The notes beneath the pieces are model-generated. The model worked only from the letters and a program-made list of their open reading frames with translations. It ran no database searches and was not told the origin of the DNA. A program made the position numbers and the translations under genes. Positions 41,277 to 51,642 of a DNA stretch of 64,000 nt are shown here, one piece after another. This stretch comes from Lophium mytilinum (Eukaryota): positions 703,334 through 767,333 of the forward strand of contig MU004185.1 of assembly GCA_010093605.1 (NCBI GenBank), given 5' to 3'. Each line of letters opens with the position of its first letter. Within the stretch, counting starts at the first letter, position 1.

Positions 41277-41480
41277 CCGTATTCTCTGACAATATACAGA
41301 AGCCACTCTTGGCTCCTCTAAACCTATAAGCGTTTAGTTTATCGGGAATCGAGCTGTCAGACGCCGATGGGCGCCGACAGGCCCACAAATCAGCCCGATA
41401 GGCGTGACATGATTCGCTCAACGAGTAAGGTTAAGATAGCGCTGCCAAGCGTGGCTTTTGTATATTGTCAGAGAATACGG
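41277..41480. mobile_element. MITE, same family, copy 2
   Basis: TA|CCGTATTCTCTGACAATATACA...TGTATATTGTCAGAGAATACGG|TA; shares internal gctcaacgagtaaggttaagatagcg with copy 1. Confidence 0.9.
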
Positions 41481-42217
41481 TAGTCGTTATCAGAACTTTA
41501 CCATTCATAGCTAGGTTCCATGGGCATAGGATGTGTGCTCTAGCGTTACCTCAGCTATAATGATTCATTCCCTGTGACAACTAACGGGTGCGTTCAACTT
41601 TAGGTAGATGAGACTCTCAAAGACACCTCGCTATTCTACTGACGCAATGCCCGCTCGAAGCCGTGCACCCTAGAGCAATAATCTCTACTTACAAATGCAT
41701 CTAGCAGTATCCATAGCTCTGCTGGGTGTACATAAAGGTGTCTCGTTATTTCACTATCCTCTAAAGGGATGCATCTAGTCTTACAGAAGGCTCATCTTTG
41801 CACCAATGGCACTACCAAGGCGGTCACTGTCTGAAGTGCCTCGATCCATTCTAGGAAATCGTACAACATCAGCTTTGAGTGATCAGAAGTCTCGTGCATC
41901 CATACGCTCAGAAAACAAGGTCTCATGTGCATAGAAACATATCTCAGAACGCACAGGATTCACAACAACACCCACCTCTTCCAATCACAGCAAATAGAAC
42001 ACCAGTTTAATTGCAGCTACAAACCAATAGGCCTAGCCGTTGGCGCAGTGACCATCTGATTATTGAGCCCCTGCCCCTGTGCCCTGCAGCCGAATCCTTG
42101 GGCCGCAGCAAGCACCCACCTGGGACTTTTCAACATTAACAACAAACACGACCCGCGACATATGGCACTACAAACCCCTCGGCGCCTGGGATTAATAAGA
42201 AACACTACCCGCGACAC

Positions 42218-44658
42218 ATGGCTCTTAACACCCCTCGACGTTTGGGCGGGCGGCCCTCGCTGGCAGTCGCGTCCTCGTCGCCAAACCTCTCTCTCGCCGC
42301 CAGCACCGCGATCGCCCGGAAAGCAAGCTTGAACGCTCTCACGGGAGGCCACGGTGGTCCCACTACCCCCTTAAACAAGATGGGCGGCGCGGACGGACAC
42401 GATCTCGAGGTCGGCGACACGGTCGACGTGCCTGGGGGTATGCATGGAACCATCAAGTTCATCGGCAGCGTCCGCGGGAAGAAGGGGCTCTTTGCCGGCG
42501 TCGAGCTGAGCAGGGAGTTTGCATCGCGCGGGAAGAATGACGGCGACGTGGACGGGTAAGACTTGCATTTCTGTCTTTGCTATCTACACATTCCAAAAAG
42601 CGGTCTCTAACAGCTCATAGAACGCGCTACTTTACTACTTCTATCCCCGGGTCTGGAATCTTTCTACCCTACCACCGCGCCTCCAGACGAGCATCGCCCA
42701 CGAACTCCTCAGACACGTTTCCTCCAACTCCTACCACACCGGCCTTCACAAACTTCAACCTTTCAACAAACGATGCATCAGATAAATACAGTCCCACGCC
42801 GTCCCTGCCAAAATTCTCACAATCCATGGGTCCCGGGGCGCGAGCTCCAAGCCCCGTCTTCAAACCAAAAGGCCGGCCCTCTCTTCCTAGGCCGGAATCC
42901 CCTTTTCGTAAACAGCCTAGCCTGGCCCCGACGCCTGGCAGAGCGCCATCTCTGGGCATAGGGTCCTTTTCGAGGAGCCAAATCGGAGGTCCGAGATTGA
43001 CTTCAAGCCCTGCACCGCATAAAGTAGGCTCGCCCAAGCCTCGGACCCCAGGGCCTCCCTCCCGCCCGTATTCTCGAAACAACTCTCGCCTCGGGCAGCA
43101 TGCCACCATAGATGAAGATAACGAGTCGACACCTGTCGGACTGGGGCGCACAAGCGATAGCTCTGTTTCTAGTTTCAACCCTCGGGCAAGGCCCCCATCA
43201 GGCCATACAGAGGAAGAGGTCCAGCGGCTCGCTAAGAAGCTCGAAGAACGCGACAGACAGTTGAAAGAACAAGCGTCATCCCTGGCAGATATGGAATCCA
43301 GCCTCATGGAGCTGCAGAATCTGCTGCCCTCAGAATTATCTGACCAAATGCAGTCGCCACGCACGGGCGGTCAAGAAGATCAGGATGTTGCGCAATTACG
43401 CGCCGCTCTCCGGGAGAAGAATGAGAAAATATCAATGCTAACAACAGAATTCGACGCTCACAGAGCTGACTTCCGGAGCACCATCGACACATTAGAAATG
43501 GCCAGCACAGAGACCGAGCGAGTGTATGAGAAGAAAGTCGAAGACCTGATGCATGAGCTTAGGGAGCTTCAGGAAAGAGGCGAGGATGTTGAGAGTGTTG
43601 CCAGACAACTCAAGCAGCTGGAGGAGCTTGTGCAGGAGCTCGAAGAGGGCTTGGAAGATGCACGACGTGGAGAAGCTGAAGCCAGGGGAGAAGTAGAGTT
43701 TTTAAGGGGCGAGGTCGAGCGCGGCCGCTCAGAGCTACGCCGTGAGCGAGAGAAAGCAGCTGCGGCTTTGAAGGGGGCGGGCGCGATAATGGACGGCCCA
43801 GTAAGTCCTGGGGGTATGCGTGAGGTTGAGCAACGAGACGACGAAATTCGGGGGTTGAAAGCCATCATCCACTCCCTTAGCTCTGGACCAGATCTTGGAA
43901 GCCCAGGCCTGGAGCGCGGTCGTTCGCCGCTGCAGCGCAATGGAGCACTTCCCATGGAGGACACAGAAGAGGTCGCACGGACTCAGGCAAAGGCAGAGCG
44001 TTTGGAGCGGGAAAAGGAGGAGTTACAGGGCTTGGTGGAGCGGAAGGCATTTAGAGAGGAAGAGCTGGAACGTGAGATTGATCGTCTACGAAATGAGGCG
44101 AGGGCATCAGAGCAGCGCGACAGCGTGATCAGCAATGTGGCGTCGGAGCGCACTGCTGTGCAAGACAAACGCTCATCTGGACGTGACTCCAAAGGCACGA
44201 CCATCAGCTGGCGAGACGCGCCACAGCATCGCCACGACCCTCCTCAGCTACTGGAGCCAATGATGGAGTCTGACACGCACTCGTCGGCGGACGGAAGTGT
44301 GCTGTGGTGTGAGATCTGCGAGACAGGCGGACACGATATTCTGAACTGCACTGCTATGGGAGGCAATGCAGACGGCGCCGTGAGGACGCCGGACAGTGTG
44401 AAGCGCAACGGCAAAGACGCAGTCATCCACGGCCTGCGAAACTTGTCGATGTCGTCTGAGGGCGTGCAGCCGGCACCCCTTACGCCCAAAAAGGCGCAGA
44501 CTCCAGGTAATGCACCGTCCGCGCCACTCCCGAGTCCGCTGGCAACGGGCCTGGTGCCTGCTAAGGGCAGCAATGTGGCGGATCCTGACAAGTGGTGTGC
44601 GCTCTGCGAGAGTGAAGGGCACGACGTGACGGCATGTCCCAACGAGGACGCATTTTGA
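42218..44658 (+). CDS. CLIP-170 homologue (ClipA/Tip1/Bik1-like)
   Basis: CAP-Gly domain (GLFAGVEL...GKNDGDVDG/RYF), long coiled coil, and two C-terminal zinc knuckles (WCEICETGGHDILNC, WCALCESEGHDVTAC); one intron. Confidence 0.9.
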
Positions 44659-45615
44659 AGCATTTGCAGCGATGATATCCAGGGGCACGCAAAGCATGTT
44701 GGGGCGCAAATTACTATACACTAATATACTTGTTGGATTACGCTACTACATTTGTACCATTGGCCGTGTGTCTAGTCTGTAGGCAGGAGTAAGTAGTCTA
44801 TGCAGTCAGGCTCCGTTGGACGTTAAGGGCAGTCTCCACTGGCTCCCCAAACTATCGCTTCAGAATTTATAGTAAGGTACAAGAGGACCTCGAGCAGTGA
44901 TGGGTGAGTGTGCACAAGTCTGGAGAGAGTGTGTACCTCAAGGTATAAAGGTTGACATAGGATTTGGTCCATACCTATTCGTGGACTGCCAGTGCTGTAG
45001 AAGCCGTAGACGGGCCGTGGACATGCTCCGCGATGGTCGCCGACGATTGGTGCATGCCGTGCTCGTGATGAGAAAATCCATGGGTAGCCGCCCCGCCTGC
45101 ACGCCTCAGAGGGCATTGTCCCATGCAAAGGGCCTGCAAAGGTTTCACTGGCAGCAGCGGAAGAAAACTGAAATTTTCATCGGTCACTGCACGCTTCAAA
45201 GCAAGCCGCCCAGGGGACCGCCTGTGCTTTACTCTCCCCTCCCCCCCATCGCCGCCAGTCTCAACATCCTCCCCAACCTCGCTGCCGGCCTCTCTGTTGC
45301 CATTGAGTTCACCGCGCGCATCATCGCCCGTGGTCGGAGCTATTATTTCTTTCTAGCGTGACGGCTGCTTATCGCGATAGCGTGTCTAGGCGAACCTCGA
45401 CCTCCATCTAAAAAATTAATCTGAGCTCCCCCCGCGATCCCCCCTCCACTCCACGATACCAATTGCTCGCTGTTGCTGGACACTGCTGGCCTAGAGCTGC
45501 TCTACTTTGTCCCCGAGCCCTCGACGACTCTGCGCCGCCTCCTGTGAGGCTCTGCTGAGCTCCGCAAGCTTGCCCGCTCTGCTTCTGCTCTCCCCCGTTG
45601 ACTCCCACGCCTGCA

Positions 45616-48600
45616 ATGGCTGTCTGCGGGCGCCTAGTACGCCGCACGCCAGCTCTTCTTCGCCAATGCCGTTCTCCTGCTCCTCCAGCGGCATTCCGTG
45701 CTTTCTCTAGCGCATCGTCTCCATTCACTGCTCTGAGGGCTAGCTATGACTCAACACCTGCGTCCCGACAGCTGCGAGCTTTCTCCAAAATCGCCGCCTT
45801 CAATGCCTCAAACGCTACCCAGGAGGCTCCCAATGCCAAAGCTTACCTCGACAGCGGTGCTATTCTCGGCGCACGCAACCTTGTTGACGTCTCCAAGGTG
45901 CTCGTGATTGGTAGCGGAGGTCTCAGCATTGGCCAGGCAGGCGAGTTCGACTATTCAGGTACGTCTCACACAACCAGATCTCTGGAATAGCCCTATAACT
46001 GTCCCCAGGGTCACAAGCTCTCAAAGCGCTGAAGGAGGCCGGTGTCCGCTCCGTCCTTATCAACCCCAACATTGCCACGATCCAAACCTCGCACGTTCTC
46101 GCCGACGAAATCTATTACCTGCCCGTCACGCCCGAGTATGTCGAGTACGTTATCCAGAAGGAGCGGCCAGACGGCATATTCCTTAGCTTTGGTGGTCAGA
46201 CCGCCCTCAATCTCGGCGTCAACATGAACAAGAAAGGCCTCTTTGAGAAATACGGTGTCAAGGTCTTGGGGACGAGCATCAAAACCTTGGAAACGAGTGA
46301 AGACCGTGACCTCTTCGCCAAGGCTCTTGGGGAGATCGACATCCCAATTGCCGAATCCATTGCAGTGGGCACCGTGGACGCAGCACTGGACGCCGCAGAG
46401 AAAATCGGATACCCCATTATTGTACGTGCGGCATACGCCCTGGGTGGGCTGGGTTCTGGCTTTGCGAACGATGCGGAGGAACTCAGGAATTTGTCTGCAA
46501 GGTCATTGACACTTTCTTCGCAAATCTTGGTGGAGAAGTCATTGAAAGGATGGAAAGAGGCCGAATATGAAGTTGTCCGTGATGCCAGCGACAACTGCAT
46601 TACCGTCTGCAACATGGAAAACTTCGACCCCCTCGGCGTGCATACCGGTGACAGCATTGTCGTCTCTCCGAGTCAAACGTTCAGCGACGAAGAGTACCAC
46701 ATGCTCCGCTCTGCCGCAATCAAGATCGTTCGCCATCTTGGTGTAGTTGGCGAGTGCAATGTACAGTACGCGCTACAACCCGACGGGCTGGACTATAGGG
46801 TCATCGAGGTCAACGCCCGTCTATCAAGGTCTTCCGCGCTTGCCTCCAAAGCCACAGGCTATCCTCTCGCCTATACTGCCGCCAAAATTGGGCTCGGACA
46901 CACCCTCCCGGAACTCCCCAACGCTGTTACCAAGACCACCACGGCAAATTTTGAGCCCAGTCTGGACTACGTCGTCACTAAGATGCCTCGATGGGATCTA
47001 GCCAAGTTTCAACATGTCAAAAGGGACATTGGAAGTTCCATGAAGTCTGTGGGAGAAGTCATGGCAATTGGAAGAACATTTGAAGAATCCTTCCAGAAGG
47101 CTTGCCGACAGGTTGATCCCAAGTTCTTGGGCTTCCAGGGAGACAAATTCGAGAACTTGGACGACTCATTGAAGAATCCTACTGATCGCAGGTGGTTGGC
47201 CGTCGGCCAGGCTTTGATGCACGAAGGCTACACCGTGGACCGGGTTCATGACCTTACGAAGATAGACAAGTGGTTCCTCTACAAGCTGCAGAACATTGTG
47301 GATTGTACACACGAACTCGAAGACATAGGCAGCTTGTATGGCCTGAAGAAGGAGGTCATTCTGAAGGCGAAGAAGCTTGGATTTTCCGACCGACAAATCG
47401 CCAAGGCCGTCAATACAACCGAAGACGAAGTTCGAGCGCGTCGGAAGGGTTTTGGCATCAAGCCTTGGGTCAAAAAGATTGATACTCTAGCCGCTGAATT
47501 TCCTGCAGACACTAACTACCTATACACGACATACAATGCCTCGTCTCACGACGTGACCTTCGACGACCATGGAACGCTTGTTCTTGGGAGTGGAGTTTAC
47601 CGCATCGGAAGTTCCGTGGAGTTCGATTGGTGCGCTGTAAATGCTGCTACCTCACTGGCAAAGCTCGGCAAGAAGACTGTTGTGATTAATGTAAGTTTGA
47701 TTTTTGTTTTTCTCATGTCTCCTGGAAGTTCGTGCCGCCATTCTGGACGCCAAAAACTCGACACACTCACCCAGGACTGGATCTCGGGTGCACATATGTT
47801 TGCCACCACCTGAGGGACCTCAACGACTTTCCGAGTCTTTCAAAGCGAACACCTTTGGTCTCGGTCATTTTTCTGAGAATGGACTGAGGCACCTCAAGCG
47901 GTGGCAGACAGACATATGGACTGGAGGTTCATGCGACCTCACTGTCTCGTTTGCACATCTGTCTGCCACCGCTTGACTGGCTTCAACAACTTTTCAAGTC
48001 GCCCAAAGCGAACACCTTCTGTCTCATTCAGATTCCTGATAATGGACTGGGCCACCTCAAACAGTGGCACCACAGGTGGGAGTCTGGACGGTCTTACCCT
48101 GGGATGGGCGCGCCTTCCTTCCAGACTCCCACCTTCCTCCTGGGAGGACACCCTCACGTCAGGATTCTCAACAAGATGGCCTCTCTCAACCCTCACACTC
48201 TGCCCACTTGTTCTGCCAAATCCGCCTTCTCACTCACATTTGGTCTGAATCGAGTCCCTTCATCTTCCTTGTAACTGGTTTGAAGCGAGCCTCGGCGGAT
48301 AGGGCATCTTCGAAAAGTCCTTTCCAATCCTCAGCCGTCGCTGTCAGTTGGCCTCTAACCAGTTTGAACGGAACTCCTCCAGCTCCTCACTATGGAGTCT
48401 TGCGGTGCTACTCAAGCCCAATGGCACTGGTCGCTGTTCATTGTGGCTCTCTGGTGCTGCCTGGACGATACTCCTTTCTATCAGAAGCATCTCCTCTTTG
48501 CTCAGTTCTTCCCGACTCTCTATGAACTCGAGTCGGTCGCTTCTGGAGCTTCTATTGTCTTTGCAGCTGGTCTCTTTGAGGTCCTCATGTCTACCACCTC

Positions 48601-51360
48601 ACCTGCACCTCACTTCTTCAAGACTTTACCAACAAACTTCTCCTCTCGCTGGGCTATCTATGTCATTGTACTTGAAAAAGGACTTTCTCGCCCCCGCGTG
48701 TACATCGGTTCCGGCACCTCAACGTCAGGAGGCGTCCGCGGCCGGCTTCAACAATACGACGATGGCCTTTGTATCCCCAAATTCGTTCAGTCTTCCCTAG
48801 ACGAAGGGTTCGAAATGGTCCATAAAGGACTTCTCTGCTGGATTCCCATACCGCCCCCCGCATTGGTACCTACCTATCGCCTTCTTTTTGTCGCTCTTGA
48901 AGCTACTTTCACCTACATGTTCTGGACCATGAAGGCCACCAAGGGTGATTATGGGATGGGGCATATGTGCCTTTGGGATCGTACCACATTAGCCTACGAC
49001 GGATTGTGCTCTCACTGCTCCTTGAACGAGGGCATCCGAGGCGATTTCGACCTATCTGCCGAAGAACTCGAGGCCCTCGCCGTTGTGAAAGAGGAAAAAC
49101 GCCTTCTGATCAAAGCTGAAAATGCTACCAATTGGCACTTCAAGCAGATGGAGACCAACTACGATGATTACATAGGTTACAACGTCGAGAGGAAAGCCAG
49201 ATGGAGAGCTGAGAACCCAGGACATGACGCAGCAGTTCAAGCAAGGCGCATCGAGGAGGCTCGTGCTGCACTTACCTTCCATTGTGTACCATGCGACCTC
49301 TCATATGGCACCAAGAATTCACTGGACATTCACCTGGCGTCTGCTATGCATTCCCGGAAGCTGCAGGAGACCGAAGACACGCCGTTCAAATGCGGACCCT
49401 GCAACAAGGCCTTTGCGAACCAGCAGAATTTGAACCGCCACCTCCCGACCGCACGCCACAAAGCAAACGTGGCGGCCGCCCTCCCGAGCCCTGCGCTCGG
49501 ATAGGGGGGTAATGAAGAAAGCTCTTTTTGGACCCATTTTGGACTTCCATCATACTCACTCAGCACACCTTCCCGCCGCCGTCTGAGGTGGCCCGACGAC
49601 TTTTCCAGCATCGCCAACCCCAGCATTTCCCATCCCGCTCAGCCCGCCGAAGGCCTCCTGACGGCGGCAAGCCGCTGTGCGCAAAAGCCCTTTTTGGACC
49701 CCCGGACGTTGGACGACCTGCGACATTTTTTTTTGTATCACATTGTGTCAATCGCTAACTTGAGACCAAAAGTTCAATCCCGAAACCGTCAGCACAGGTA
49801 TAACGATTTTTACTCAATTACTAAAAATTTATCTAATTTACATTTTAGATTTTGATATCGCGGACAAATTGTATTTCGAAGAACTTAGCTACGAAAGAGT
49901 TATGGACATCTACGAGCTCGAATCAGCTAGCGGCGTCGTTGTGTCTGTCGGTGGTCAACTGCCCCAGAACATTGCCCTGAAACTGCAAGAGACTGGGAAG
50001 GCTAAAGTCCTCGGAACTGATCCGAACGATATCGACAAAGCCGAAGATCGCCACAAGTTCTCGCAGATCCTCGATTCGATAGGCGTCGACCAACCCGCTT
50101 GGAAAGAGCTGACCTCATACGAAGAGGCGCAGGCTTTTGCCAATTCCGTTGGATACCCTGTGCTTGTTCGCCCAAGCTACGTTCTGTCTGGAGCTGCCAT
50201 GACGGTGATCCGGTCCGAAGATGAGCTGAAGGACAAGTTGTTGGCCGCGAGCGAAGTCTCTCCCGACCATCCCGTAGTGATCACTCAGTACATCGAAGGC
50301 GCTGAAGAGATTGACGTTGATGCAGTCGCGTCGATCGGAAAAGTACTAATACACGCCGTGAGCGAGCACGTGGAGAACGCGGGTGTGCACTCCGGTGACG
50401 CAACACTCGTCTTACCTCCCGTAAACCTGAGCAAGCGTACCCTTGAGAGGGTCAAGGAGATCGCCGACAAAGTGGCCAAAGCATGGAGCATTACCGGACC
50501 ATTCAATATGCAAATCATCAAAGCAGCAGACCCCGAAGGCGGAGAACCGAAGCTGAAGGTCATCGAATGCAATCTGCGCGCTTCGAGGTCGTTTCCATTC
50601 GTCAGCAAGGTTCTCGGCACAAATTTCATCGACGTTGCCACAAAGGCTCTCGTTGGAAGGGAAGTTCCAGAGCCAGTAGATCTCATGGCAGTGAAAAGGG
50701 ATTATCTGGCAACGAAAGTGCCGCAATTCTCTTGGACCCGCCTTGCAGGCGCAGACCCTTATCTTGGTGTTGAAATGGCTAGCACAGGAGAGATGGCCTG
50801 CTTCGGAACAAATCTCGTCGAGGCATACTGGGCTGCAATGCAATCCACCATGAACTTCCGCCTCCCACAACCTGGAGAAGGTTTATTGTTTGGAGGCGAC
50901 ACTACTAGAATGGAGCTTGCCAAGATTGTAGACTACCTCAACCCCCTCGGCTACAAACTGTACGCCGCAAATCAAGAGGTAAAGCAACACCTAGAGCAAT
51001 CCTCCAATGACGGAAGTGTCAAGGTGGAAGTTATTGAGTTCCCCGTTGAAGATAAGAGGGCTCTCCGAGAAGTGTTCGCGAAGTATGATGTCCGTGGAGT
51101 GTTCAACCTGGCCAAAACACGTGGTGCCTCTCTCGTAGACGAGGACTATGTGATGCGCAGGAACGCAGTCGATTTTGGTGTGCCTTTGTTCATGGAACCT
51201 AAAGTGAGTATACCTGCTTGTTCTTCCAGCCTGCTTGCTAACAAACACCCAGACTGCGGTCCTCTTCGCTCAATGTATGAGCGAGAAGCTGCCACTCAAA
51301 GACGGAATCCCCAGTGAAGTGCGCCCATGGAGTGATTTCATCGGCGGACGACCGTTGTAG
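45616..51360 (+). CDS. CPA2: Arginine-specific carbamoyl-phosphate synthase large subunit, mitochondrial precursor. Exons 45616-45958, 46009-47690, 49773-49797, 49849-51203, 51253-51360 (1,170 aa).
   Basis: [96 protein letters not shown]. The exons sum to 3,513 nt in one open frame. Confidence 0.96.
47791..48070 (+). repeat. Diverged 117-nt direct repeat pair with an internal 19-bp perfect inverted repeat
   Basis: 47791-47907 vs 47954-48070 align gap-free (90/117 identical by hand count); 47894-47912 is the reverse complement of 47958-47976. Confidence 0.85.
48392..49504 (+). CDS. Intron-encoded GIY-YIG endonuclease with two C-terminal C2H2 (CX2CX12HX5H) zinc fingers
   Basis: WAIY(87-90)...YIG(104-106)...R118...E170; zinc fingers C298/C301/H314/H320 and C334/C337/H350/H356; uninterrupted 370-aa ORF with ATG. 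Confidence 0.8.
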   Translation: MESCGATQAQWHWSLFIVALWCCLDDTPFYQKHLLFAQFFPTLYELESVASGASIVFAAGLFEVLMSTTSPAPHFFKTLPTNFSSRWAIYVIVLEKGLSRPRVYIGSGTSTSGGVRGRLQQYDDGLCIPKFVQSSLDEGFEMVHKGLLCWIPIPPPALVPTYRLLFVALEATFTYMFWTMKATKGDYGMGHMCLWDRTTLAYDGLCSHCSLNEGIRGDFDLSAEELEALAVVKEEKRLLIKAENATNWHFKQMETNYDDYIGYNVERKARWRAENPGHDAAVQARRIEEARAALTFHCVPCDLSYGTKNSLDIHLASAMHSRKLQETEDTPFKCGPCNKAFANQQNLNRHLPTARHKANVAAALPSPALG

Positions 51361-51642
51361 AGAGGGCAAACGGATGGCATTATGTTGAAGGTTTGATAGG
51401 TGCTATAATAAGTGCTTGCTTTGTTTCGTGTATATATTTTCTCACACTCTTGCTTAGGCGTAGGTCAGAAAAGTTTGGGTCACGGGAAAAACTACCACGG
51501 CCATCAAGATTAGGTCAAGGATGTCTTTCTCAAATTCGATGCTCTAGGTATTGCGTCGCTTGAGGCGCTTTAGTCGATGTTAATGAAATACCGCTATACA
51601 CAACAACCCTTCCTTCCCTATCGGCACGATTAGATCATACAG

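Larger units (their letters stand above)
47691..49772 (+). mobile_element. 2,082-nt spliceosomal-type intron carrying an endonuclease ORF (putative homing intron)
   Basis: GTAAGT donor at 47691, GCTAAC branch at 49754-49759, AAG acceptor ending at 49772. Removing it restores ...[13 protein letters not shown]. Confidence 0.8.

Noticed and set aside
45599..45604. TGACTC (Gcn4/CpcA-like site) just upstream of CPA2
   Set aside because: A single hexamer 11 nt before the ATG, likely within the 5' UTR; biologically plausible but unsupported.
47704..48274. Short ORFs with a repeated HICLPP...KANTF peptide as a separate protein
   Set aside because: The two copies are in different frames, both ORFs are listed from non-ATG starts, and substitutions show no clear third-position bias. 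A decayed coding origin is not excluded.
47691..49772. Big CPA2 insertion as a group I/II intron, intein, DNA transposon or Penelope-like retroelement
   Set aside because: It has GT-AG ends with a branch site, stops in the host frame (47811-47813), and no TIR, TSD, transposase or RT. I could not recognise group I core elements or a hammerhead core by eye; an Infernal scan is needed to exclude them formally.
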